From a phage: DNA of 40,867 nucleotides. Shown in pieces: positions 1-7,800 of the stretch. The position numbers were made by a program, and so were the translations under genes. Every line of letters starts with the position of its first letter. Position 1 is the stretch's first letter. The stretch lies in sequence record PQ821741.1, one strand, 5' to 3'. Below the pieces are notes generated by a model. That model searched no databases and was not told where the DNA came from. It saw nothing but the letters and a program-made list of their open reading frames with translations.

Positions 1-31
1 ATGAAGTGGTGTGATGCAATCATACCGCTGA
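1..31. other. 31-nt segment that is the exact reverse complement of 40390-40420
   Basis: Manual reverse-complement comparison; adjacent to the terminal direct repeat. Confidence 0.85.
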
Positions 32-480
32 ATCCCTATAGAGTCAAGTCCTAGGGTATACCCATAAAGAGCCTCTAATGGTCTATCCTAAGGTATATAC
101 CTAAAGATAGGCCATCCTATCAGTGTCACCTAAAGAGGGTCTTAGAGATGGCCTAGGGAGTTCCTAGAGGGTCCTTTAAAATATACCATAAAAATCTGAG
201 TGACTATCTCACAGTGTACGGACCTAAAGTTCCCCCATAGGGGTACCTAAAGCCCAGCCAATCACCTAAAGTCAACCTTCGGTTGACCTTGAGGGTCCCT
301 AAGGGTTAGGGTTGACCCTTTGAGTGGGCCTTGGGTGTTACCTTGAGTGTCTCTCTGTGTCCCTATCTGTTACAGCCTCCTAAAGTATCCTCCTAAAGTA
401 TCCTCCTAAAGTCACCTCCTAAAGTCATTCCTACCGTCTACAACCTAAAGACTACACCTAAAGACCCATCAAGTCAACGC
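32..480. repeat. Left copy of 449-bp direct repeat shared with window end (wrap-around of genome ends)
   Basis: Identical to 40419-40867 except one mismatch (54 g vs 40441 a); offset 40387. Confidence 0.95.
207..364 (+). repeat. T7-type terminal repeat, left copy
   Basis: Begins TCTCACAGTGTACGGACC and ends CTCTCTGTGTCCCT as in T7; repeated at 40594-40751. Confidence 0.8.
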
Positions 481-560
481 CTATCTTAAAGTATCCTTAA
501 AGACCAGCCTAAAGCCTATTCCTAAAGATGCCTTGTTGTTACCTATAAAGAGATTATCTT
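367..560 (+). repeat. Array of short CCTAAAG-type motifs next to the terminal repeat (natural T7 left-end feature)
   Basis: Reiterated cctaaag / cttaaag motifs every 10-20 bp. Confidence 0.6.
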
Positions 561-573
561 TAATCATTGTCTT

Positions 574-596
574 TAATACAACTCACTATAGGGAGA
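574..596 (+). promoter_or_regulatory. T7 RNAP promoter phiOL (minor, left end)
   Basis: taatacaactcactatagggaga; 22/23 match to consensus. Confidence 0.8.
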
Positions 597-649
597 GTCT
601 ACTTAAAGAGGGCCAAAGAGAGATTAATCAAAATAATTTAAAAAGAGTA

Positions 650-678
650 TTGACTTAAAGAGTCCTACCGGTTACTAT
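650..678 (+). promoter_or_regulatory. Host sigma70 early promoter A1
   Basis: -35 ttgact (650-655), 17-bp spacer, -10 tactat (673-678). Confidence 0.7.
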
Positions 679-777
679 TCATCTCGTCAACGGGGACAAC
701 GGCCTAAAGCCACTCCCTGAGATACCGGGGTCAACCGGATAAGTAGACAGCCTGATAAGTCATACGAAAAACAGGCA

Positions 778-807
778 TTGACAACACGAAGTAACATGCA
801 GTAAGAT
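778..807 (+). promoter_or_regulatory. Host sigma70 early promoter A2
   Basis: -35 ttgaca (778-783), -10 taagat (802-807); matches T7 A2 core. Confidence 0.7.
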
Positions 808-1028
808 GTATCACATAGTAAGGAGCCTCCCACAGCTTGATAGTTCGAGGGGCGTACTAGCTAGGACGACAATCTAGCGAGTGTGGCGCAGCACTATAAA
901 GTGAGAGATGCGTAAACGGTTGACCACCGAGGACAGAGCGGGAGAAGTTGAACGGCCCGGCTGCGAAAGCCAAATAAGGTTAGGCACAGCGCCGTAATGC
1001 TGAGCAGTGTGGGATTCACTGCAAATGA

Positions 1029-1057
1029 TTGACAACACGAAGTAAACACGGTACGAT
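1029..1057 (+). promoter_or_regulatory. Additional A3-like sigma70 promoter
   Basis: -35 ttgaca, 17-bp spacer, -10 tacgat; near-identical core to the promoter at 1140. Confidence 0.6.
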
Positions 1058-1139
1058 GTACCACATAGCGTCAACCAACTGATGCGGTGTCTTCTAGGTG
1101 ACTTAAGCGCACCACGGCACATAAAGCGAAACAAAATGG

Positions 1140-1168
1140 TTGACAACATGAAGTAAACACGGTACGAT
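1140..1168 (+). promoter_or_regulatory. Host sigma70 early promoter A3
   Basis: -35 ttgaca (1140-1145), -10 tacgat (1163-1168). Confidence 0.7.
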
Positions 1169-1279
1169 GTACCACAGCTACCACAGGGTAGTACATGAAA
1201 CGACAGTGAGGCGCAACACTGAAACGCGCTAGGGTCTAACGAAACCTGACCGACATGCTCTTTAACAATCTGGTAAATA

Positions 1280-1345
1280 GCTCTTGAGTGCATGACTAGC
1301 GGATAACTCAAGGGTATCGCAAGGTGCCCTTTATGATATTCACTA
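1280..1345 (+). promoter_or_regulatory. RNase III processing hairpin R0.3
   Basis: Position and sequence as T7 R0.3, upstream of gene 0.3. Confidence 0.5.
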
Positions 1346-1368
1346 ACAACTGCACGAGGTAACACAAG

Positions 1369-1737
1369 ATGGCTATGTCAAACATGACTTACAACAACGT
1401 TTTCGACCACGCTTACGAAATGCTGAAAGAAAACATCCGTTATGATGACATCCGCGACACTGATGACCTGCACGATGCTGTTCATATGGCTGCCGATAGC
1501 GCCGTTCCGCACTATTACAGTGACGTTTTCAGCGTAATGGCGAGCGAGGGCATTGACCTTGAGTTCGAAGACTCTGGCCTGATGCCGGACACCAAGGACG
1601 TAATCCGTATCCTGCAAGCTCGCATCTATGAGCAACTCACGATTGACCTCTGGGAAGACGCTGAGGACTTGCTGAACGAGTACCTTGAGGAAGTCGAAGA
1701 AGAGGAAGAGGAAGACTACGCAGAGGATGAAGAGTAA
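1369..1737 (+). CDS. 0.3: Ocr, DNA-mimic anti-restriction protein (gene 0.3)
   Basis: 122 aa, acidic C-terminus, N-terminus [27 protein letters not shown] as in T7 Ocr. Confidence 0.93.
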   Translation: MAMSNMTYNNVFDHAYEMLKENIRYDDIRDTDDLHDAVHMAADSAVPHYYSDVFSVMASEGIDLEFEDSGLMPDTKDVIRILQARIYEQLTIDLWEDAEDLLNEYLEEVEEEEEEDYAEDEE

Positions 1738-1877
1738 TGGTTAAATACGGTCTAACAAGAGAAATGCTCCAAACGTACCGCGTGGCTATGGCTTATGGTG
1801 CTTCTTTCGGGTACTGTATGGCACAATTAGCACAGACATACCGAGCACGTAAGGCGATGTACGGTAATAGTAAGTGA
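1737..1877 (+). CDS. 0.4: Gene 0.4-like small early protein (46 aa)
   Basis: ATG overlaps 0.3 stop (TAATG); [12 protein letters not shown]... resembles T7 gp0.4. Confidence 0.6.
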   Translation: MVKYGLTREMLQTYRVAMAYGASFGYCMAQLAQTYRARKAMYGNSK

Positions 1878-1925
1878 TAGGCTCAAGGTCGCTCCATGCG
1901 AGTGGCCTTTATGATTATCATTTAA
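1878..1925 (+). promoter_or_regulatory. RNase III hairpin (ggtcgct...gagtggccttt atgattat motif)
   Basis: T7-type RNase III site motif; second copy at 2288-2335 inside the duplication. Confidence 0.55.
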
Positions 1926-1991
1926 CATGCAATAGGACTAACACCATGAGTAATCTTCTGGTCACCTCCTAGGTCTAGGTGTATGCGCTCT

Positions 1992-2147
1992 ATGCCGGAC
2001 ACCAAGGACGTAATCCGTATCCTGCAAGCTCGCATCTATGAGCAACTCACGATTGACCTCTGGGAAGACGCTGAGGACTTGCTGAACGAGTACCTTGAGG
2101 AAGTCGAAGAAGAGGAAGAGGAAGACTACGCAGAGGATGAAGAGTAA
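1992..2147 (+). pseudogene. Ocr C-terminal fragment ORF created by the duplication (51 aa from internal Met)
   Basis: Identical to 3' 156 nt of gene 0.3; no convincing RBS. Confidence 0.4.
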
Positions 2148-2287
2148 TGGTTAAATACGGTCTAACAAGAGAAATGCTCCAAACGTACCGCGTGGCTATG
2201 GCTTATGGTGCTTCTTTCGGGTACTGTATGGCACAATTAGCACAGACATACCGAGCACGTAAGGCGATGTACGGTAATAGTAAGTGA
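2147..2287 (+). CDS. 0.4: Second identical copy of gene 0.4-like ORF
   Basis: Exact copy of 1737-1877 within the duplicated unit. Confidence 0.5.
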   Translation: MVKYGLTREMLQTYRVAMAYGASFGYCMAQLAQTYRARKAMYGNSK

Positions 2288-2355
2288 TAGGCTCAAGGTC
2301 GCTCCATGCGAGTGGCCTTTATGATTATCATTTAACATGCAATAGGACTAACACC

Positions 2356-2556
2356 ATGAGTAAACTTCTGGCAACCTCCAAAATCCAAGGCCAATGCACT
2401 GTAACGCTGCGTGAGTACTATCACGGGTCAATGGGATGCACCTATGTTGTGCGCTATGGCAAACAGGTCACACATTGGGTAAACCTGATTTTAGCGCAAG
2501 AGGAGTATCAAGCCTGTGTGATACACCAAGCAACATGTGCAGGTTGGAACGATTGA
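2356..2556 (+). CDS. Hypothetical early protein (66 aa)
   Basis: ATG after RNase III site; ORF MSKLLATSKIQGQC...; no T7 counterpart recognised. Confidence 0.5.
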   Translation: MSKLLATSKIQGQCTVTLREYYHGSMGCTYVVRYGKQVTHWVNLILAQEEYQACVIHQATCAGWND

Positions 2557-2574
2557 CAACAGCCTTCAAGTCTA

Positions 2575-2630
2575 CCAAGTGGTAAACTCAAGGTCGCTCC
2601 TAGCGAGTGGCCTTCATGATTATCACTTTA
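2575..2630 (+). promoter_or_regulatory. RNase III hairpin (R0.5-like)
   Basis: ctcaaggtcgctcctagcgagtggccttcatgattatc. Confidence 0.55.
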
Positions 2631-2644
2631 CTTACGAGGGAGTA

Positions 2645-2779
2645 ATGCATATGCTTACTATCGGTCTGCTCACCGCTCTAGGTCTAGCTGTAGGCGCATC
2701 CTTTGGGAAGTCTTTGGGTGTAGCTGTAGGCGCTTACTTGGTGGCTTGTATCATCACGGGAGCACTACGCAAATGTTGA
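2645..2779 (+). CDS. 0.5: Gene 0.5-like small membrane protein
   Basis: [22 protein letters not shown]...; hydrophobic; RBS gaggga upstream. Confidence 0.65.
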   Translation: MHMLTIGLLTALGLAVGASFGKSLGVAVGAYLVACIITGALRKC

Positions 2780-2949
2780 AACATTACGTTATGCCTATCC
2801 ACACTTCCAACGGGGCAACCGTATGCACACCTGATGGGTTCGCAATGAAACAGCGAATCGAACGCCTTAAGCGTGAACTGCGCATCAACCGCAAGATTAA
2901 CAAGATAGGTTCCAGCTATGATCATAACGAACATAAAGGACACACTGAA

Positions 2950-4029
2950 ATGAACATTACCGACATCATGAACGCTATCGACGCAATCAAAGCACTTCCA
3001 ATCTGTGAACTTGACAAGCGTCAAGGTATGCTTATCGACTTACTGGTCGAGATGGTCAACAGCGAAACGTGTGATGGCGAGATAACCGAACTGAATCAGG
3101 CACTTGAGCATCAAGATTGGTGGACTACCTTGAAGTGTCTCACGGCTGACGCTGGGTTCAAGATGCTTGGTAATGGTCACTTCTCGGCTGCTTATAGTCA
3201 CCCGCTGCTGCCCAACAGAGTGATTAAGGTGGGCTTTAAGAAAGAGGATTCAGGCGCAGCCTATACCGCATTCTGCCGCATGTATCAGGGCCGTGCCGGT
3301 ATCCCTAACGTCTACGATGTGCAGCGCCACGCTGGATGCTATACGGTGGTACTCGATGCACTGAATGATTGCGAGCGTTTCAACAATGATGAACATTATA
3401 AATACGCTGAGATTGCAAGCGACATCATTGACTACAAATCAGATGCGCACGATGGGCTAACTGGATGGGATGGCGAGTTCGTCGAGACTTGTAAGCTAAT
3501 CCGCAAGTTCTTTGAGGGCATCGCTTCGTTCGACATGCACAGCGGGAACATCATGTTCAGTGACGATGATGTACCATACATTACCGACCCGGTATCATTC
3601 TCGCAGAAGAAAGATGGTGGCGCATTCAGCATTGACCCTGAGGAACTCATCAAGGAAGTCGAGGAGGTCGCACACCAGCGAGCAATCGACCGCGCTAAGG
3701 AACGTAAGGCACGTCATGTGGGTCGAGTGGAGGCACGTAAAGTAAAGCGCCGTAACCGTAAGGCACGTAAAGCACACCAAGAGAAGCACAAGCGAATGGT
3801 TGCTGCGTGGCGCATGGCTGAGCGTCAGGAACGACGCAACCACGAGGTAGCTGTAGATGTACTGGGAAGGACCAATAACGCTATGCTCTGGGTCAACATG
3901 CTCGCTATGGACTTTAAGGCTCTTGAGGAACGAATTGCGGCGAACTGGTTTCAAGCTGACCGGATGACTATCGCTAACGGTCTTCCGCTCAACATCGACA
4001 AGCAACTTGACGCAATGCTAATGGGCTGA
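2950..4029 (+). CDS. 0.7: Gene 0.7 serine/threonine protein kinase and host shut-off protein
   Basis: 359 aa from [23 protein letters not shown], matches T7 gp0.7; an in-frame upstream 0.6-like reading (from 2773) has no intervening stop. Confidence 0.88.
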   Translation: MNITDIMNAIDAIKALPICELDKRQGMLIDLLVEMVNSETCDGEITELNQALEHQDWWTTLKCLTADAGFKMLGNGHFSAAYSHPLLPNRVIKVGFKKEDSGAAYTAFCRMYQGRAGIPNVYDVQRHAGCYTVVLDALNDCERFNNDEHYKYAEIASDIIDYKSDAHDGLTGWDGEFVETCKLIRKFFEGIASFDMHSGNIMFSDDDVPYITDPVSFSQKKDGGAFSIDPEELIKEVEEVAHQRAIDRAKERKARHVGRVEARKVKRRNRKARKAHQEKHKRMVAAWRMAERQERRNHEVAVDVLGRTNNAMLWVNMLAMDFKALEERIAANWFQADRMTIANGLPLNIDKQLDAMLMG

Positions 4030-4095
4030 TAGTCTTATCTTACAGGTCATCTGACTGAGGGTGGCCTGAATAGATACGATTTACTAACTGGAAGA
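4030..4095 (+). promoter_or_regulatory. Probable RNase III site R1
   Basis: Position between 0.7 and gene 1; hairpin-capable ggtcat...gggtggcct. Confidence 0.35.
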
Positions 4096-4103
4096 GGCAC
4101 TAA

Positions 4104-6755
4104 ATGAACACGATTAACATCGCTAAGAACGACTTCTCTGACATCGAACTGGCTGCTATTCCGTTCAACACTCTGGCTGACCATTACGGTGAGCGCTTAG
4201 CTCGCGAACAGTTGGCCCTTGAGCATGAGTCTTACGAAATGGGTGAAGCACGATTCCGCAAGATGTTTGAGCGTCAACTTAAAGCTGGTGAGGTTGCGGA
4301 TAACGCTGCCGCTAAGCCTCTCATTACTACCCTACTCCCTAAAATGATTGCACGCATCAACGACTGGTTTGAGGAAGTGAAAGCTAAGCGCGGCAAACGC
4401 CCGACAGCCTTCCAGTTCCTGCAAGAAATCAAGCCGGAAGCTGTAGCGTACATCACCATTAAGACCACTCTGGCTTGCCTAACTAGCGCAGACAATACAA
4501 CCGTTCAGGCTGTAGCAAGCGCAATAGGTCGCGCAATTGAGGATGAGGCACGCTTCGGTCGTATCCGCGACCTTGAAGCTAAGCACTTCAAGAAAAACGT
4601 TGAGGAACAACTCAACAAGCGCGTAGGGCACGTCTACAAGAAAGCATTCATGCAGGTTGTCGAAGCGGACATGCTCTCTAAGGGTCTACTTGGTGGCGAG
4701 GCGTGGTCTTCGTGGCATAAGGAAGACTCCATTCACGTTGGGGTGCGCTGCATTGAGATGCTCATTGAGTCAACCGGAATGGTTAGCTTACATCGTCAAA
4801 ACGCTGGCGTAGTCGGTCAAGACTCTGAGACTATCGAACTCGCACCGGAATACGCTGAGGCTATCGCAACCCGTGCAGGTGCCCTAGCGGGTATCTCTCC
4901 TATGTTCCAGCCTTGCGTAGTTCCTCCTAAGCCTTGGACCGGTATTACTGGTGGAGGTTATTGGGCTAACGGTCGCCGTCCTCTGGCGCTGGTGCGTACT
5001 CACAGTAAGAAAGCACTGATGCGATACGAAGACGTTTACATGCCTGAGGTGTACAAAGCGATTAACATTGCGCAAAACACCGCATGGAAAATCAATAAGA
5101 AAGTCCTAGCGGTCGCCAACGTGATAACCAAGTGGAAGCACTGCCCTGTAGAGGACATCCCAGCGATTGAGCGTGAAGAACTCCCGATGAAACCGGAAGA
5201 CATCGACACGAATCCTGAGGCTCTCACCGCGTGGAAACGTGCCGCTGCCGCTGTGTACCGTAAAGACAAGGCACGCAAGTCTCGCCGTATCAGCCTTGAG
5301 TTCATGCTTGAGCAAGCCAACAAGTTCGCTAACCATAAGGCCATCTGGTTCCCTTACAACATGGACTGGCGTGGTCGCGTTTACGCTGTGTCAATGTTCA
5401 ACCCGCAAGGTAACGATATGACCAAAGGACTGCTGACGCTGGCTAAAGGTAAACCAATCGGCAAGGAAGGTTACTACTGGCTGAAAATCCACGGTGCAAA
5501 CTGCGCTGGCGTTGATAAAGTTCCGTTCCCTGAGCGCATCAAGTTCATTGAGGACAACCACGAGAACATCATGGCCTGCGCTAAGTCTCCTCTGGAAAAC
5601 ACTTGGTGGGCTGAGCAAGATTCTCCATTCTGCTTCCTAGCGTTCTGCTTTGAGTACGCTGGGGTACAGCACCACGGCCTGAGCTACAACTGCTCTCTTC
5701 CGCTGGCGTTCGATGGGTCTTGCTCCGGCATTCAGCACTTCTCCGCGATGCTTCTCGATGAGGTAGGCGGTCTTGCTGTTAACCTGCTGCCTAGTGCAAC
5801 AGTTCAGGACATCTACGGGATTGTCGCTAAGAAAGTCAATGTGATTCTGCAAGAAGATGTAATCAACGGGACCGACAACGAAGTAGTTACCGTGACTGAT
5901 GAGAACACTGGTGAAATCTCTGAGAAAGTCAAGCTGGGCACCAAGGCGCTGGCTGGTCAGTGGCTGGCTTATGGTGTTACTCGTAGTGTGACTAAGCGTT
6001 CAGTCATGACGCTGGCGTATGGGTCCAAAGAGTTCGGCTTCCGTCAACAAGTGCTGGAAGATACCATTCAGCCAGCTATTGATTCAGGCAAGGGTCTGAT
6101 GTTTACTCAACCGAATCAGGCTGCTGGGTACATGGCTAAGCTGATTTGGGAAGCTGTAAGTGTGACGGTGGTAGCTGCGGTTGAAGCAATGAACTGGCTC
6201 AAGTCTGCTGCTAAGCTGCTGGCTGCTGAGGTCAAAGATAAGAAGACTGGAGAGATTCTTCGCAAGCGTTGCGCTGTACACTGGGTGACTCCTGATGGCT
6301 TCCCTGTATGGCAGGAATACAAGAAGCCTATTCAGACTCGCTTGAACCTGATATTCCTCGGTCAGTTCCGTCTACAGCCGACCATTAACACAAACAAGGA
6401 TAGTGAGATTGACGCACACAAGCAGGAGTCCGGCATAGCTCCTAACTTTGTGCATAGCCAAGATGGTAGCCACCTACGTAAGACTGTAGTGTGGGCGCAC
6501 GAGAAGTACGGAATCGAATCGTTTGCACTGATTCACGACTCCTTCGGGACCATTCCGGCTGACGCTGCCAACCTGTTCAAAGCTGTGCGCGAAACTATGG
6601 TTGACACCTATGAGTCTTGTGATGTACTGGCTGACTTCTACGACCAGTTCGCTGACCAGTTGCATGAGTCTCAATTGGACAAAATGCCAGCACTTCCGGC
6701 TAAAGGTAACTTGAACCTCCAAGACATCCTTAAGTCAGACTTCGCGTTCGCGTAA
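4104..6755 (+). CDS. 1: T7 RNA polymerase (single-subunit DNA-directed RNA polymerase)
   Basis: 883 aa, MNTINIAKNDFSDIELAAIPFNTLADHYGERLAREQ...; identical length to T7 gp1. Confidence 0.98.
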   Translation: MNTINIAKNDFSDIELAAIPFNTLADHYGERLAREQLALEHESYEMGEARFRKMFERQLKAGEVADNAAAKPLITTLLPKMIARINDWFEEVKAKRGKRPTAFQFLQEIKPEAVAYITIKTTLACLTSADNTTVQAVASAIGRAIEDEARFGRIRDLEAKHFKKNVEEQLNKRVGHVYKKAFMQVVEADMLSKGLLGGEAWSSWHKEDSIHVGVRCIEMLIESTGMVSLHRQNAGVVGQDSETIELAPEYAEAIATRAGALAGISPMFQPCVVPPKPWTGITGGGYWANGRRPLALVRTHSKKALMRYEDVYMPEVYKAINIAQNTAWKINKKVLAVANVITKWKHCPVEDIPAIEREELPMKPEDIDTNPEALTAWKRAAAAVYRKDKARKSRRISLEFMLEQANKFANHKAIWFPYNMDWRGRVYAVSMFNPQGNDMTKGLLTLAKGKPIGKEGYYWLKIHGANCAGVDKVPFPERIKFIEDNHENIMACAKSPLENTWWAEQDSPFCFLAFCFEYAGVQHHGLSYNCSLPLAFDGSCSGIQHFSAMLLDEVGGLAVNLLPSATVQDIYGIVAKKVNVILQEDVINGTDNEVVTVTDENTGEISEKVKLGTKALAGQWLAYGVTRSVTKRSVMTLAYGSKEFGFRQQVLEDTIQPAIDSGKGLMFTQPNQAAGYMAKLIWEAVSVTVVAAVEAMNWLKSAAKLLAAEVKDKKTGEILRKRCAVHWVTPDGFPVWQEYKKPIQTRLNLIFLGQFRLQPTINTNKDSEIDAHKQESGIAPNFVHSQDGSHLRKTVVWAHEKYGIESFALIHDSFGTIPADAANLFKAVRETMVDTYESCDVLADFYDQFADQLHESQLDKMPALPAKGNLNLQDILKSDFAFA

Positions 6756-6763
6756 CGTCAAAT

Positions 6764-6786
6764 TAATACGACTCACTATAGAGGGA
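6764..6786 (+). promoter_or_regulatory. T7 promoter phi1.1A
   Basis: taatacgactcactatagaggga. Confidence 0.85.
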
Positions 6787-6790
6787 CAAA

Positions 6791-6835
6791 CTCGAGGTCA
6801 TTCGCAAGAGTGGCCTTTATGGTTGACCTTCTTCC
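6791..6835 (+). promoter_or_regulatory. RNase III site R1.1
   Basis: ctcgaggtcattcgcaagagtggcctttatggttgacc. Confidence 0.5.
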
Positions 6836-6838
6836 GGT

Positions 6839-6861
6839 TAATACGACTCACTATAGGAGAA
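6839..6861 (+). promoter_or_regulatory. T7 promoter phi1.1B
   Basis: taatacgactcactataggagaa. Confidence 0.85.
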
Positions 6862-6939
6862 CCTTAAGGTTTAACTTTAAGACCCTTAAGTGTTAATTAG
6901 AGATTTAAAGTAAAGAATTACTAAGAGAGGACTTTAAGT
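6862..6939 (+). other. AT-rich region downstream of phi1.1A/B, candidate primary origin of replication
   Basis: AT-rich tract placed as in T7 primary origin (inference by position). Confidence 0.5.
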
Positions 6940-7068
6940 ATGCGTAACTTCGAAAAGATGACCAAACGTTCTAACCGTAACGCTCATGACTTCGAGGAAA
7001 CCAAAGGTCGCAAGTTTAATAAACCATTACGAACCCGTTCACATAAACGCTGCTGGGAGGGTCAGTAA
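6940..7068 (+). CDS. 1.1: Gene 1.1 protein (42 aa, basic)
   Basis: MRNFEKMTKRSNRNAHDFEE... Confidence 0.8.
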   Translation: MRNFEKMTKRSNRNAHDFEETKGRKFNKPLRTRSHKRCWEGQ

Positions 7069-7069
7069 G

Positions 7070-7327
7070 ATGGTACGTTTATATAGTGGGAACTTGAATG
7101 ACTTCAAGGCTGCTTGCAACAGGCTCTACCAGTTAGACTTTGCTGTTATTTGTGATGAATGGTACGATGCTTACAAACGCCTTGAGTGTATGCGCCTACG
7201 CGTAGAGGACAGGGCTGGAAATCTGATTGATACCAATACGTTCTGTCACCACGATGAAGACGTCTTGTACAATACGTGTACTGACTGGCTGAACCGCATG
7301 TACGACCAGTTGAAGGACTGGAAGTAA
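7070..7327 (+). CDS. 1.2: Gene 1.2, inhibitor of host dGTPase
   Basis: 85 aa MVRLYSGNLNDFKAACNRLYQLDFAVI... ends ...MYDQLKDWK as T7 gp1.2. Confidence 0.88.
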   Translation: MVRLYSGNLNDFKAACNRLYQLDFAVICDEWYDAYKRLECMRLRVEDRAGNLIDTNTFCHHDEDVLYNTCTDWLNRMYDQLKDWK

Positions 7328-7347
7328 TACGACTCAGTATAGGGATA
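7325..7347 (+). promoter_or_regulatory. T7 promoter phi1.3
   Basis: taatacgactcagtatagggata. Confidence 0.8.
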
Positions 7348-7362
7348 ACCCAGAGGTACTTC

Positions 7363-7800
7363 ATGAGAATACATTTTGACATTATGAGTCCATCCTTTCT
7401 CTCATGGGACAATGGTCGCCCAGTAGGAGCCTCTATTCGTAATGGCTATAAGAGGGTTAGATGTGGTGGTAAATGGTTAAATCATCACGTCCTAATCTGG
7501 GAACATTTTAACGGCCCAATCCCTGAGGGAATGGAGATAGACCACATTGACCGTAACAGAGGTAATAACGCACCAAGTAACCTGCGTCTTGTGACTCGCT
7601 CTCAAAATAGCAGAAACAAGTCTACACATAAGAACAACAAGTCTGGAATAAAGGGAGTGTACTGGCACAAACATAGAGAATACTGGTATGGTCAGTGTAA
7701 GAAAAATGGTCAAACATTCAGAACATCCTGCTGCCACACAAAGGAACAGGCGGCTTTACTACTTACTAAACTTAGAGAGGAAATAGGTTATGCAGATTAA
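7363..7800 (+). CDS. HNH homing endonuclease (HNH nuclease motif plus AP2-like DNA-binding region)
   Basis: HHVLIWEHFNGPIPEGMEIDHIDRNRGNNAPSNLRLVTRSQNSRN and GIKGVYWHKHREYWYGQ motifs; overlaps ligase start by 11 nt; not in T7 at this locus. Confidence 0.8.
   Translation: MRIHFDIMSPSFLSWDNGRPVGASIRNGYKRVRCGGKWLNHHVLIWEHFNGPIPEGMEIDHIDRNRGNNAPSNLRLVTRSQNSRNKSTHKNNKSGIKGVYWHKHREYWYGQCKKNGQTFRTSCCHTKEQAALLLTKLREEIGYAD

Larger units (their letters stand above)
1582..2401 (+). repeat. Tandem duplication, 410-bp period (copy 1 1582-1991, copy 2 1992-2401)
   Basis: 1582-1953 identical to 1992-2363 (372 bp); last ~38 bp of copy 1 diverged (~60% identity). Confidence 0.92.

Noticed and set aside
367-560. 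Possible CRISPR-like array of short repeats (cctaaag motifs)
   Set aside because: Motifs are only ~7 bp with irregular 3-15 bp spacing; this is the known repeat array next to the T7 terminal repeat, not a CRISPR locus.
874-1365. 163-aa ORF on the minus strand
   Set aside because: Lies antisense across the early promoter / RNase III region where T7-like phages have no genes; no RBS; T7-group genomes are transcribed only left to right.
3512-3745. Overlapping + strand ORFs inside larger genes (for example 3512-3745, 16592-16978, 21935-22228)
   Set aside because: Alternative-frame ORFs wholly inside well-supported genes, without RBS; the 16592 ORF is extended only by the polymerase duplication.
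2773-4029. Gene 0.6-like reading frame running in frame into the 0.7 kinase with no stop
   Set aside because: In T7 as I recall it, 0.6 and 0.7 are in different frames, so this might be a frame change producing an N-terminally extended kinase. My recollection of the exact T7 coordinates is not reliable enough to call it an anomaly; it needs an alignment.
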